Source: Malacoraja senta
Taxonomy: Eukaryota
Assembly (NCBI GenBank): GCA_038087875.1
Contig: CM075989.1
Location: 12,278,001 to 12,342,000, forward strand
Direction: 5' to 3'
Length of the DNA stretch: 64,000 nt
Under the pieces are notes generated by a model that was given only the letters and a program-made list of their open reading frames with translations, was not told the origin of the DNA and ran no database searches. How positions within the stretch are numbered: position 1 is the stretch's first letter; the number at the start of each line of letters is the position of its first letter. This document shows positions 14,745-26,669 of the stretch, in pieces. The position numbers were made by a program, and so were the translations under genes.

Positions 14745-15650
14745 ATGTAGAAAACAAGAATGGGACAAGGCCATTCAGCCCTTCAGATCTGCTTCACTAT
14801 TCAACATGATGGTGGTCATGCACCCACCTCAGTACCCTGTCACTGCTATTCCCCCAGATCCCTTGATCGCTTTGTCAAACAAAACCAGTACACGTGATAA
14901 TGCCAAACCAATACAGTCAAGAAATATGTCCAATTCCTTCTTCAACATGTGACTTGGCTTCCAGTCTTGTGGTAGCAATTTTCACGGGTTCATCACCCAC
15001 TGGCTGAAGAAATCTCTCCTAAACCTCTTTATCCTGAGGTGTCAACCCGGGTTCTGGGCTCTCAATATTGGGAAACCCAATAGGTGTCTAGTCCAATTAG
15101 AATTTTAGTTTTTTTATGAGATTCTTCTAATCCGTGAATGCGGGCCTAATTGACCCAATCTCTCCTCTTTCAGAGATTATTCCAGTAAACCTTCCAAGGC
15201 AAGAATATATTTGAGACAAAATTACATACAAACTCCAGGTAGGGTCTCACCAAGTACTTGTACATCAAGACAACTTTGGATTTGCTATAAAGTCCCACTT
15301 ACCATTTGCCTTCCTACCAGTTTTCTATGACCGGTGAACAAAATCAATCAGGTCTTTTGCACCTCCCCCCATCCCAGCCAGTCACCTTTCATGTAATAAA
15401 GTATTTCTGATTTTAGAAAGAAAGTGGATAACCTCACATTTATCTATATTGGATCTGTCATGCATTTGTCCTCTCACCCAACTTATCTAAATCACAGTGG
15501 AGTCTCTTTGCATCCTTCTTGCATCTTGCACTTCGATCAGGTGTGTGCTGTTTGCAAACCTGGAGATGTTCCATTTAGAACCCATGTCTAAAACATTTAT
15601 TTTTATAGCGAGTAGCTATAAAGCATTGATCAAGCATTGATCCCTGCAGC
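14745..15650 (-). mobile_element. Degenerate CR1 LINE fragment
   Basis: Reverse complement shows a CR1 3'UTR (ggccattcagccc) and RT remnants (tatagataaatgtgaggttatccac, tctccaggtttgcaaacagcac). Confidence 0.65.
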
Positions 15651-16598
15651 ACCACCCCCTTATCAAAATCCTTCTGAAACTCCAAATGAACCACCCACTG
15701 GCTCCCTGTCGATTGTAAAACCTCCATTCTCAAGTAGTCCAGTACAATAACCCTGTCATAATCCCAAGCTGACTTTGACCAATCCTATTAATACTTTCCA
15801 AGTGTTCTGTTATCGTAATTTAACACCTATAACCAGCCAGGTTTTGCCCCACCCATTCCCTTTTCCAGGTTTCTTCCCCCAACTCCACTCTGCGGGGACC
15901 CAACGCGAAACGTCGTCTGATCTTTTCCTCCATAGACGCTGCCTGACCCGTTGAGTTCCTCCAGCAGTTTGTATTGTGCTTAATATTCTAAGATCTGCAG
16001 TCTCAAAGTATGTGTTCAATTGTTCTGCCATTTCTCTACTTCCAAATAGGATGCCCCCCCCCCCCCCCCCCCCTGTTCTGACCGTAGGGGTCTCTAGTCG
16101 ATCTACTAAACTTTCTGTACTTGAGGGCGAGACTTTGCCTGACCACAATCCCTTCCGCTGTGACCTCCTCCAGCTGTACCCCTGTACTCATCAGCATTGA
16201 GGACCGCGCCTTTAGCTACCTAGTCTCCTTCTCATAATCCAGCTCTGACCAAACTTTAGGTCAGTTCTGGCTGGGTGTTCAACTGAAAAAAATGGGCGAC
16301 TGTGTGAGTGAACCCCGCTGCACAGTGACAGGGTTCCCCATCGGGGAGTGGCCCGGACCCTCGGTTTCCACGGACAGCGACGAACACTGTGAACTACAAC
16401 GCCTGAGATACCTCACAGCCACTGCGGGCCCACATCAAACCCCGCCCGGTCTTGCGACCAGGTTTGCTCCCTGCTCGGGAATTGACAATGCCCAAAGGAA
16501 CAGAATTACCCGTCCCATTCATTCCCAACGGCAATCAGCGGCGTCGCCTCCGTGAACACTATTTATAAACAGCGGCTGCTGCGACTGAGCTCTCTTAC

Positions 16599-16678
16599 TC
16601 TGCGGAAGTGGTGCCGTTGATTGCTGATCCATCGGGACTCGGGTGCAGCTGAATGGGTCCCGGCTTCTTCTTGGGCAT
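16599..16678 (-). CDS. MAP2K1: Dual-specificity MAP kinase kinase 1 (MEK1), coding exon 1
   Basis: Translates [27 protein letters not shown], recognisably the MEK1 N-terminus (human [27 protein letters not shown]). Kozak cacc-ATG; 80 coding nt ending in the donor GA|GTAAGA (phase 2). No exon 2 found in 1-16598, so the gene continues out of the window. Confidence 0.96.
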
Positions 16679-16899
16679 GGTGACCGAGGTTGGGTGCTGG
16701 GCTGAGCGCTGTCGGAGCTGGGTGCTGCCCTGCGTGTACACACACGTGTGGTCCGAGTGTCGCCCCTCCTGCCGCCGAGCCGACCTCTCCCGTCCCTCCT
16801 GCTTCACAATCTCAGTTCCGCCTGTGTTGCCGGCGGATCACGGAGGCGCCGCCTTCCCCAGACCCGATCTGCGCGCTGTCTCCCTCCGCCCGTCGTGCA

Positions 16900-16967
16900 G
16901 CCACAAGTGTAGCAAGTGGCTGCTGTTGCTGCCGCCACAAGTGTAGCAAGTGGCTGCTGTTGCTACC
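16900..16967. repeat. 34-bp tandem duplication in the MAP2K1 5' region
   Basis: GCCACAAGTGTAGCAAGTGGCTGCTGTTGCT(G/A)CC x2. Confidence 0.95.
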
Positions 16968-18423
16968 GCCCGCCCGCCTCTTTGTATCCAGTTGCCCGCA
17001 GCCGGTTACACATCCCCCCGCCTCGGAAATGCGTCAGCGCTTCAGCTGAGTGCTCAGAGCTCGCCAGAGCCAACCGCACGACCGCGGAATGGCTGTTGCT
17101 GGAGGACAGGGTGCTAAACCAGGAAATAAATCATTACAAACGATGTAAATTGGGAAATGTAAACGGTAACTGCGCAACTTCACTTGAAAAAAGACACGCT
17201 TGACGCCCAAACTTCGGATGTTATATTGATAAATCTATAAAGTGGATTACTGTGATCCCCATGTGTGAATTTTCTGACATTTTGCGTTCACCAAATGTCA
17301 CTATTCCCCAAGATTAACGTTGTGTCCAAATCTGCACTGTATTTGAAATGCTGTAAACATAGTTCCCTCCCATGTGGCCAACAGGGGGAGTGTGGTCGCA
17401 GCGTGACATGTTGACATAGGAAATCTCCATTCTAATGCGATTGTGGGAAATAATAGAAATGTGATCATTACGATGGACCAGGGAATCATACAGGTTGTCC
17501 CAAGGCTTTATACTGAGCCAAGCACTTGAGAAGTGCAGTTAGAAAAACAGGAGGAATTCGTTCAGATTTGGGCCCATGCCTTCCCCTGCAAGCATCCAGG
17601 TCAGCCCATTCATCAGGTCTTACCTTGTGCAAAACGCCACAGTAAACAACCTTCTATCATACCTTCATACAATCACAGTTACAACTAGATCAGCCATGAT
17701 CTTATCAAAATGACAGAGCAAGTTTGAGTGGTCACATGGTCAACTGACCGAAAATATGGGCAATGTCGGAGACACTGCTCCTGCTGTCTCCAGCATCCCA
17801 AATCCTGCTCCTGTTCTACACCTGGTCAATGTATGGGCTTCACTCCATGTACAGCTCGTCAGGTTATTGTCATACGCACAGGTATGGTGCGGAATAGGTA
17901 TAATGAGAATCTTGCCTGCAGTAGCATTACAGGCACATAGACTCAGACAACACACAAAACATAAATTATAAAGTATGCATAATTTACACATAAATTCTGC
18001 AAGGCAATGAACAAGAAAATAAAAAATGTTTATCTACCAACCTCACTTCCATATTTTAAGTTGATTTTTCTGTTATGAATTCCTATGTCGATGTTTCATT
18101 TTCAATCCCAAAATAAAATGTTGCAGATGTTGAAAATCTGAAATAAAAACAGATACTGGAATAATTGCTGTTGATGTTAACTTTTTTCCTCCTCCACAGA
18201 CGCTGCCTAGCCTGCTATGTATTATCAGCATTTTCTTGTTTCCTCTGTACACACTGACCATGGATAGCAACATGCGACTGGGATATTATGTGTAGGAAGG
18301 AACTGAAGATGCTGGTTTATACCGAAGATAGACACAAAATACTGGAGTAACTCAGTGGGTCAGGCAGCATCTCTGGAGAAAAGGGAAAGGTGACATTTTG
18401 GGTCGGAACCCTTCATCAGACTG

Positions 18424-19640
18424 GGATATTCTAGCTATTACAGGAACGTGGCTGAGAGCGGGACAGGGCTGGTAGCTGAATGTTCCTGGGTACAAATGCT
18501 ATAGAGGGATAGAAGTGGAGATAAGAGGAGGGGTTGCATTTTTTGATTGGGAGAATCGTAATTCTATTAGTTTTAAAACATCACAGCTCTACCTAGCGAG
18601 GATATTCTAGAAGGATTGTTCAGTGAGATTATATAATTAGAAATGAAAAATAAGAAGGGATGATTACTTTGATGGGATTGTGATCCATGCTTCCTAATAG
18701 TCAGCAAGGGTTAGAGGAGGAAATATGTAGGCATATCACAGATAGAAGAAAGAATAATAGGATTGTAATGGTGTGGGATTTCCATATATTGATAGGGGCT
18801 GCCATAATGCTAAAGGCTTAGTTGGGGTTGAATGTGTAAAGTAGTTCAATAAAAAGTTCTCAATCAATATGTATAAGGCCATACTAGAAAAGGAGCAAAA
18901 CACAACCTTCCGTTGAGAAATAATGCAGGGCAAGTGACTTAAGTGTTAGTGCGGGAGCATTTTGGGATTTGTGACCATAATTCTATCAGTTTTTAAATAG
19001 TTATATAGGGGATACTTAGATATGTACGTGCATTTGGAAAGGCAGGGACAGATCAGAGATAGTCAGCAGAGCTTTGTGCATGAGAAATCAAGTCTCACTA
19101 ATTTGACCGTCTTTTTTTAAGAGATCACCGGGGGGAATTGGTGAGGACAGGGCAGTGGATGTAAGCTACTGCAAAGAGCACAACAAAATTTACAGGGTGT
19201 TACTAGAACTGGAGGGTTTGAGTTATGAGAGGCTGGATAGACTGGGTCTTTCTCCCCAGAGTGTCAGAGGCTGAGGGGTGACTTTATGGAGATTTATAGA
19301 GGGGCATACATAAAGTGAATAGCCGCAGACATTTCCTTGGGGTAGGAGGGAAACTAGAGTGCATAAGTCTAAGATGAGTGGGGAAAAGTTTAAAATGGAC
19401 CTGAAGGACAATCTTTTCACACAAAAGTTGGTGCATACATGGAATGAGCTACCAGTGGAAGTGGTAGAGGTTGGTATAATTACAACATTTAGAGGACACT
19501 TAGACAACTACAAGGATAAGAAAAGTTTGGAGCAATACTAATTAGGTGCAGGCAAGTGGGACATGGTTAAGCAATGTGGTCAGTATAGATAGATTGGGTT
19601 GAAGGGCCTGTTTGCCTGCTGGACAGTTGTATGAATCTAT
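18424..19640 (+). mobile_element. Degenerate, internally deleted CR1 LINE
   Basis: Endonuclease remnants (caggaacgtggctga, ttcctgggtacaaatgctatag), RT remnant and ORF2 C-terminus (FTQKLVHTWNELPVEVVE), plus 3' tail. Confidence 0.7.
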
Positions 19641-20003
19641 TCACAGGTTCTGTGGATTATTTTTTTCCAATTATTTCCCTAAACCTGGCATCAATTTCAT
19701 TCTCTGCACTGTTGAGATTAAAACTTTAGTTTTGTCATGCAGATCTTTAACATATTTTGCATTAGTAATCAACATAATTACTCTCTATTTATTTTCTCAA
19801 TTTTTCCTGGTATGAGTATCAACCATTGCCTCACACCTCAAACACTCAGCTATTTTGTTCCCCTCTGGGCCCATAAATTCCTTGAGACTCCTCTCTCACT
19901 AACTCTATGGCCTGCCCCCGTACCTAAAGTTCTGACAAACAGCTCCTCCAAATTTCATTCCAAGCTTAGTGTATATTGAAGATAGACACAAAATGCTGGA
20001 GTA

Positions 20004-21698
20004 TGCTTTTACCCCCTTGGCTGCCGACTTGTGCATTGTGGCCCGTCGCTCCCAGTCCATCCTCGACCCCCAGATGAACTGGAAGACGGCCCAGGTGATC
20101 CCTGTGGCGTAGGAGGAAGGGACAGGCCACACCTGCGCCAAGTACAGCAGCACCGAGAGCACCTCACACCTAATGACCAAATTGTTCCCCGTTATAGAGA
20201 GGGAGCATTGCTTCCACGGCTCCAGTTTCTTCCCCACCTTGGCTATCCGCTCCAGCCAATTGTCACACGCCTCAGCCCCCCCCCCCCCCCCCCGAACCAG
20301 ATCCCCAGCACCTTCATGAAGTCAGGCTTGATGGTGAAGGGGACGGAAGATCGGACGGGCCAGTTGCCAAAGAGCTTGGCCTCACTCTTCCTGTGGTTCA
20401 CCCTGGCTCCCGTGGTCAACTCAAACTGGTCGCAGATGCTAATTAATCTGCGGACCGACCCTGGATCCGAGCAGGAGACGGCGACATCGTCCATGTAAAG
20501 GGAGGTTTTGACCTGAGTGCCCTCACTGCCTGGCAACGTCACTCCTCTTATGCGTGCATCCTTCCTGATGGACTCGGCAAAAGGTTCAATACAGCAGATA
20601 AACAAGACAGGGGAGAGAGTGCAACCCTGCCTGACTCCAGACCTGCCCTTTCGTGTGTGGCTGCATCAGGTGGAGCCTAGAACCAAGGCACGTGGGCACC
20701 ATGTCACTACCTGCTGAGGTTCTACCTGTCCCCGGTGTTGCGAAGGATGGGCCTGGCGCAGATGCCACGCAATGTGCCAGTCAGCTGGACAATGCCGCAC
20801 CATCTGTCGTTCGTGGCAAGGTTCTTCCGGACCAACACCTTTGACCACAAGTCCATCGGGCAGTGGTCAGCAAGGAATGTCCTGCAGGCACTGCAGGGAA
20901 ATGACTCCATGGATCCTGTGGCGTGGTTCCCAGAGCACACTGCCCAGCTTATCTAGCAAAATACCTCATCGCCAGAACTCACCAACAAGCACCAAGACCT
21001 GGCTTGGCTGGCGGCAAGGGGAACCCTCCCAGTCAGATCCTTCCTGCACCGTCGAAACCTCACTACCAGCGCACGCTGCCCTCGGGACAGCTGCTATGGA
21101 GAGGAGATGGTTGCCCACCTCTTGGCAGAGTGTGGATTTGCAAAGAGTCTGGAAAGGTCTGCAAGGGTCCCTATCACGGTTTATTCCGAACAGCTCCGTC
21201 ACAGAGAACTCTGTGATTTACGGACTGTTCCCAGGGACGCATTCAGAGACGGACATCGAGTGCTGTTGGAAGTCATCAACTCGGTGAAAGACGCTCTTTG
21301 GTCTGCCCGAGCGTTGTTGACCACCCAGCGGAGCAAGATGTCCGTCGGGGAATGTTGCCGACTGGCCCGCTGCAGACTGCAGGAGTACTTGCTGAGGGAC
21401 GCATTGAAGCTCAGTACAGCCAACGTCAAGGCTCGGTGGGGGAGGACCACAGTCTAGGGTCCTTCCGTTGCTGGACAGGTGGGGCAGAGTGTGATGGAGA
21501 CGCCCCTCAAAATAAGGGAAGGGATTCCACTCCAGTGGGTCACATGAGTGGCAAGGGTGGGGGGGATACATTTGTGATTTGGGGAAACTTTATTGTATGT
21601 ATGTATAGCCTCTGAGAATGTCAGATGGTGTTTTGTAAGGATCATGTATTGCATATATTTATTTCTCGAATAAAGTCTATTTTGAAATTTAAAAAAAT
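20004..21698. mobile_element. Tx1/L1-clade LINE, 5'-truncated with 5' inversion
   Basis: 20004-~20648 minus strand: RT (SGVRQGCTLSPVLFICCIEP..LYMDDV..LGIWF). ~20649-21457 plus strand: ORF2 C-terminus with cysteine-rich motif. AATAAA at ~21669 and A-rich tail. 14-bp TSD AAAATGCTGGAGTA at 19990-20003 and 21699-21712. Confidence 0.88.
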
Positions 21699-22149
21699 AA
21701 AATGCTGGAGTAACTCAGCGGGACAGGCAGCATCACTGGAGAGAAAGAATGGGTGACATTTCGGGTCGAGACCCTTCTTCAGACTGTATATTGAGCCTTA
21801 TCAAGGCAGCTAGGTAAACAATGCCAGGTGAACTCTATTAGCAACTTTGTAAGATAACTCGTGCTCACTGAAAAAGTGACACTCACTGCCGAGTTTTACT
21901 TGACAAGGTGCTCGTTAGGTTCTTTGAATGTCATATTGGAAACAACAGAGTCTGAATGATGTCTGCAAGAATGTGGGTTTATCAAGTCAAATCAAGTTTT
22001 TTGTTAAATGCACAAGCAGAGTGAAGTACAGGTATAATTATTTTTTTGCTTGCAGCAGCAACACGGGCATATCAACTCAGATACACAAAAATATAAATTG
22101 CACATAAATTGTACAATTTTAAAAAAAGACAGCAAAAAAACTAAAAAGT

Positions 22150-22580
22150 ACCACAAGATGTTGTCAAGCTGGAAAGGGTACAGAGAAGATTTACAAGGAT
22201 GTTGCCAGGACTAGAGGGTCTGAGCCAAAGATTATATAGCGGAGTATCCTCTAGTATCTTTGGTCTGAGCTATAGACAGAGGTTGAGTAGGCTGGGACTC
22301 TATTTCTTGGAGCGCAGGAGGATGAGGGGTGATCTTACAGAGGTGGATATGATCATGAGAGGAATAGATTGGGTAGATGCACAGTTTCTCTTGCCCAGAG
22401 CAGGTGAATCGAGGACCAGAGGACATAGGTTTAAGGTGAAGGGGAAAATATTTAATATTTAATATTTAATAATCTGAGGGGTAACATTTTCACACAAAGG
22501 GTAGTGGATGTATGGAACATGCTGCCAGAAGAGGTATTTTTGGCCGGTGTGGGAAAGTTGGGCCGAAGGGCCTGTTTCCA
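22150..22580 (+). mobile_element. CR1 LINE 3' fragment
   Basis: Translates RLGLYFLERRRMRGDLTEV..RTRGHRFKVKG, followed by the CR1 tail gggccgaagggcctgtttcc. Confidence 0.8.
22226..22262. mobile_element. 37-bp hAT-like micro-element
   Basis: TIR CAAAGAT...ATCTTTG; 8-bp TSD GTCTGAGC (22218-22225, 22263-22270); cleanly interrupts the CR1 sequence. Confidence 0.8.
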
Positions 22581-23480
22581 CATTGTAGTAATTGGATCCT
22601 CGACTTCCTCATTCACAGACCACAGTCTGTTTGCATTGGTGGAAATGTGTCAGCCTCGATAACAATCAGCACGGGAGCACCTCAAGGCTGCGTGCTCAGC
22701 CCCCTGCTGTACTCATACTATACTCATGACTGCGTAGCCAGTCATAGGGCAAACTCCATCATCAAGTTCACCGACGACACCACTGTTGTGGGAAGTATCA
22801 CTGATGGAACGCGTGCATTTTTCCGAAGATCTCTCCTGGTCCCAGAACACTGATGCAATTATAAAGTAAGCACATCAGCACCTCTACTTCCTGAGAAGAT
22901 TACTGAGAGTCGGTATGTCGAGAAGGACTCTCTCGAACTTCTATAGGTGCACAGTAGAGAGCATGCTGACCGGTTGCATCGTGGCTTGGTTCGGCAATTT
23001 GTGCGCCAAGGGGGGGAAAAGACTGCAAAAAGTTGTAAACACTGCCCAGTCCATCATCGGCTTTGACCTCCCTACCATCGAGATCTACCACAGTCGCTGC
23101 CTCAAAAAGGCTGGCAGCATCATCAAGGACCCACATCATCCTGGCCACACACTCTTCTCTCCGCTGCCTTCCGGTAGAAGGTACAGGAGCCTGAAATCTG
23201 CAACAAGCAGGTTCAGGAATAGCTCTTCACCACAGCCATCAGACTCTACTCAAACAAAATCTGAACTTTAATTAGCCTACTGCACTTTATATCCTTATTT
23301 ATGTGTGTATATATATATTCACTGGTATATGGACACACTGGATTTATATAATGGTATATGGACACACTGATCTATTCTGTATTATTTATGCCTGAAATAT
23401 TCTGTTGTGCTGAAGCAAAGCAAGAATTTCATTGTCCTATCTGGGACACATGATAATAAACTCCCTTGAATCTTGAATCA
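22581..23480 (+). mobile_element. Rex1/Babar LINE 3' part, internally deleted
   Basis: NWILDFLIHRPQSV..STGAPQGCVLSPLLYS..KFTDDTTVVG, then LSNFYRCTVESMLTGCIVAWFG..LPSGRRYRSL; 3' tail AATAAA plus (CTTGAAT)n. Smaller relatives at ~3050-3400, ~6680-7045, ~9555-9915, ~24370-24960 and ~51530-51985 (minus). Confidence 0.85.
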
Positions 23481-24586
23481 CTCCAAGCCCTGTGGAATAG
23501 TCTGTGGTTCCAATATTGGCCTTATCAGCCACCAGAGAGTGCACAGAACCGAAGTGGAAGTAAATCACCCTCAATCCCAAAGGATTGCTTTAGAAAGAAG
23601 CATAAAATCACATCTTACTTCTATTTGGGCATATCCCACTCCCACCACATCTAGATCTGTCTTCAGTCTTCTTCCTACTGAAACAAATCAGCTCAGTTTT
23701 ATGACTCTCCTCAGAATTGTAAAACTGGTCCTCTTGTTTTCTGCATTTGCTCCAATCCTTATAAGTCTCCACAATATTCTAAGTGTGACCTTGTTGGTAT
23801 TCACACAAGGTCGGTATAACTTGTTACACAGGAGGAGTGTTGATCCTTGAGTGGTTTTGACAATAATCTGACAGGAAAGGTTATGCTTTTCTCAATGATT
23901 ATTCAGAACTCTCCAATGAATTAACATCTACAACAAAGGGAAATAAAAAAATTATGAATTTCCAAGGATTTCTGTGGGAGCTGTTAAACACTCCTTCCAA
24001 TAACAAGACTGATGTGGATAATGACTGGCTGTAACAGTCTATTACTAAGGTTCATTAGCATAGATTAGCTAAGCAAGCATGATCATTTGAAATATTAATT
24101 ACATCAAGAATAGCAAGTTGAAAAATGTGGTCCTTCACACCAATGTCAAAATGCACTTACTGTGAGATTGGTGGGTGCCTTAGAAACATCCAATCATCAT
24201 CAGATTTAAACAGCCCTTTCCTCAAAGGATCACGAGACTGATTGAAGCAGTGGCACTGTCAGCATCTAATAGATGGGTAGGTGGTTTAAGAAAACAAAAA
24301 TTGATGGAGACAGGATAGAGCTAGCATGGGGATTAGGCGCAGCTGCTGCCTCCTAACTTGCACCATTAACCCATCACTGGTCTATTGGAGAGGATGGCAG
24401 ACAGTAGCCAGTCCATCACAGGTACTGACCTCCCCACAACTGAAGGAACCTACAGGAGGCGCTACCATAAAAAGACAGCTAATATCATAAAAGACCCCAT
24501 AAAAGAGCACTGATAATATTAGTGTCATGTATATCATCCCTAATATCATCAGGGGTATATGATATATATATATATATATATATGAG

Positions 24587-24653
24587 AGAATGAGAGCGTG
24601 GACGGGATATATATATATATATATATATATATCCCCGTCCACGCTCTCATTCT
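24587..24653. repeat. Near-perfect inverted repeat centred on an (AT)n microsatellite
   Basis: AGAATGAGAGCGTGGACGGG-(AT)n-C-CCCGTCCACGCTCTCATTCT; a second (AT)n tract lies at ~24562-24583. Confidence 0.9.
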
Positions 24654-25696
24654 GGTACTATAATAGGAAGAATGTGCAAAAGCCTGAAAACTGTAACAAC
24701 TAGGTTGAAGAACGGCTTCTTAGCAGCAATCAACCTCTTGAACACTGCACAACACTAACCTTTGCAGCTAAGAACTTCTATAGACTATCTTTGTTGCACT
24801 ATAGACTTTGGTTTTGCACCATTATGTTTATTTTGTATTACGGTTATTAATTTATTGTAGATTATTATATACTTTCTGTGTGTTATTGCATTTATAGGCC
24901 CGATAAACTCAGCAAATAAGAATTCTGTTGTCAGTACATATGACAATTAAACACTCTTGATGACTGCTCTAGGCCCAGCAAATTCTGCGTTCAAAATATC
25001 TTGCTTTTTGTTTTCAAAACTCACAATGGTTTCATTCCTCCCAGCACCATACTCCTCAATTCCTGTCATACTCTGAGATCATTGGGTTCGGATGAGTCTG
25101 CCCTTTTGTACAGCTTTGAGCTTAATGAGTTCACCGCAGGAGCAGCCACTCTCATCTGCCTGAGCCCTCAACTCCCTCCCTAAACATTGCTGCCTCCTTC
25201 GCTTTCTCTGAGATAATCCAAACATCTCAGAATGTTAACCAGATTTTTGATCATATATCCTAATATGTCCTCAAGTAATCAGCTGTCTGATCAAGTCAAG
25301 CATCCTAAGCTGCTTTCCTACATCATTGCCATTGCAAATTGTTGCTGCTGCTCTTGTGGGAAATAAACACTAGCACAGACTGGGGCGCTGAGAGCAGTTA
25401 AGTGTCCAGATGAGCACTTGAATTGTGTAGGCTTAGCCAGCTATAGATCAAGTGCTGGGTGATGCAATGATTTTGGAAGTGGTTGGTATGGACGTTGGGC
25501 CAATTGGCCTATTCCCATGTTAAAATTTTATCGTGCAATTTTGATCTTTAATTGTCTTACAGATTTGTAATAACACTGGCAAATTCTTCTGTAAATATAC
25601 CATTCCATGTATAATAATTTTCCCAAGAAAAATTATTAAATCTAAATAAAATATGGTAGTTCTTTTTTTCACAATGTCATTACACTTACCTTGGTA

Positions 25697-25990
25697 GTTT
25701 AGTTTTGTTTAGAGATAGAGCATGGAAACAGGCCCTTCGGCCAACTGTGTCCACACCAACCCTTAATTGCCCATTCACACTAGTTCTATGTTACCCCACT
25801 TTCAGATTCACTCTACATACTCGGGGCTACTTACTGAGGCAAATTGAACTATAAGTCCACACGTCTCTGGGATGTGGTAGGAAATCGGAGGATGCAGATG
25901 AAACCCATACGAGAGTAGGTAAACTCCACACCGACAACACCCAAGGGCAGGATTGAACCTGGGTTTCTGGCACCGTGAGATGGCAGCTCT
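25697..25990 (-). mobile_element. tRNA-derived V-SINE (HE1-like), degenerate
   Basis: Reverse complement has a B-box (ggttcaatcc), V-domain remnants and a CR1-like tail; similar to 39041-39332. Confidence 0.7.
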
Positions 25991-26669
25991 GCCAGGTGTT
26001 ACACAATGCACCCTTCTTGTTTTGTATGAATGCCTGAAGTCAGTGGAGTTTCTAACAATGTTATACAGGCTCTCAGGTGTATGAGCTTGAAGCTGATTAT
26101 CTAGAAATTGAAATGCATTTGTCCCCCTTCTTATACACATAACATGTTTTACGACAATATTACCTGGTTTAGATCACACGCATGTCATCTCCAGGTGAAA
26201 TCGTACCCAATGGGAATACTTACCTACCAACGTAACCTAGAACTTCTGGGTGACACTTATGAGCTTTGTCAATCATTCATGGAACATCACGCTATCTTGT
26301 TGTATGGGTTTATTTAGAGAGATGTTTTATTAACTTGAGTCACAGACTTCAAACTCACTGTAGAATGTTCAAAGTGGACTACACCTAACAGAGAGCCATT
26401 TCTCCATTAAAAGCTGCGAAGATCCTCATTGAATGATGACACCATGGATAACACTCCATTGCTGGTGTCAATTTAACAATGATTGGCTTCAGAGGGTAGA
26501 CCAGGGATCTCAGGGCAGAATGCAGACCTGCCCGTCACTGAAGAGGCACTCCCACAGAGCCTTCAGAAACATTGTGTCCTTTTCGCACCTCTGATGAACA
26601 AAGTCTTCACAGTTTATGTTTTCCAACACTCAGTGTGATGTGTAGCATTCAGCTGAGATGTCTTTTTGC

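Larger units (their letters stand above)
16290..17110 (-). promoter_or_regulatory. MAP2K1: CpG island / promoter and 5'UTR of MAP2K1
   Basis: Strong GC/CpG enrichment around exon 1; GC boxes; adjacent ETS-like CGGAAA and CRE half-site TGCGTCA at ~17024-17036. The TSS cannot be placed from sequence alone. Confidence 0.8.

Noticed and set aside
16595..16807. 70-aa ORF suggesting an N-terminally extended MEK1
   Set aside because: Starts at GTG; homology and Kozak context support ATG 16678, and the ORF's stop lies within the intron donor.
25990..26560. Cluster of minus-strand splice-like signals suggesting a small intergenic gene
   Set aside because: The implied intron is only ~60 nt, no coherent spliced ORF or recognisable protein, and it abuts SINE sequence.
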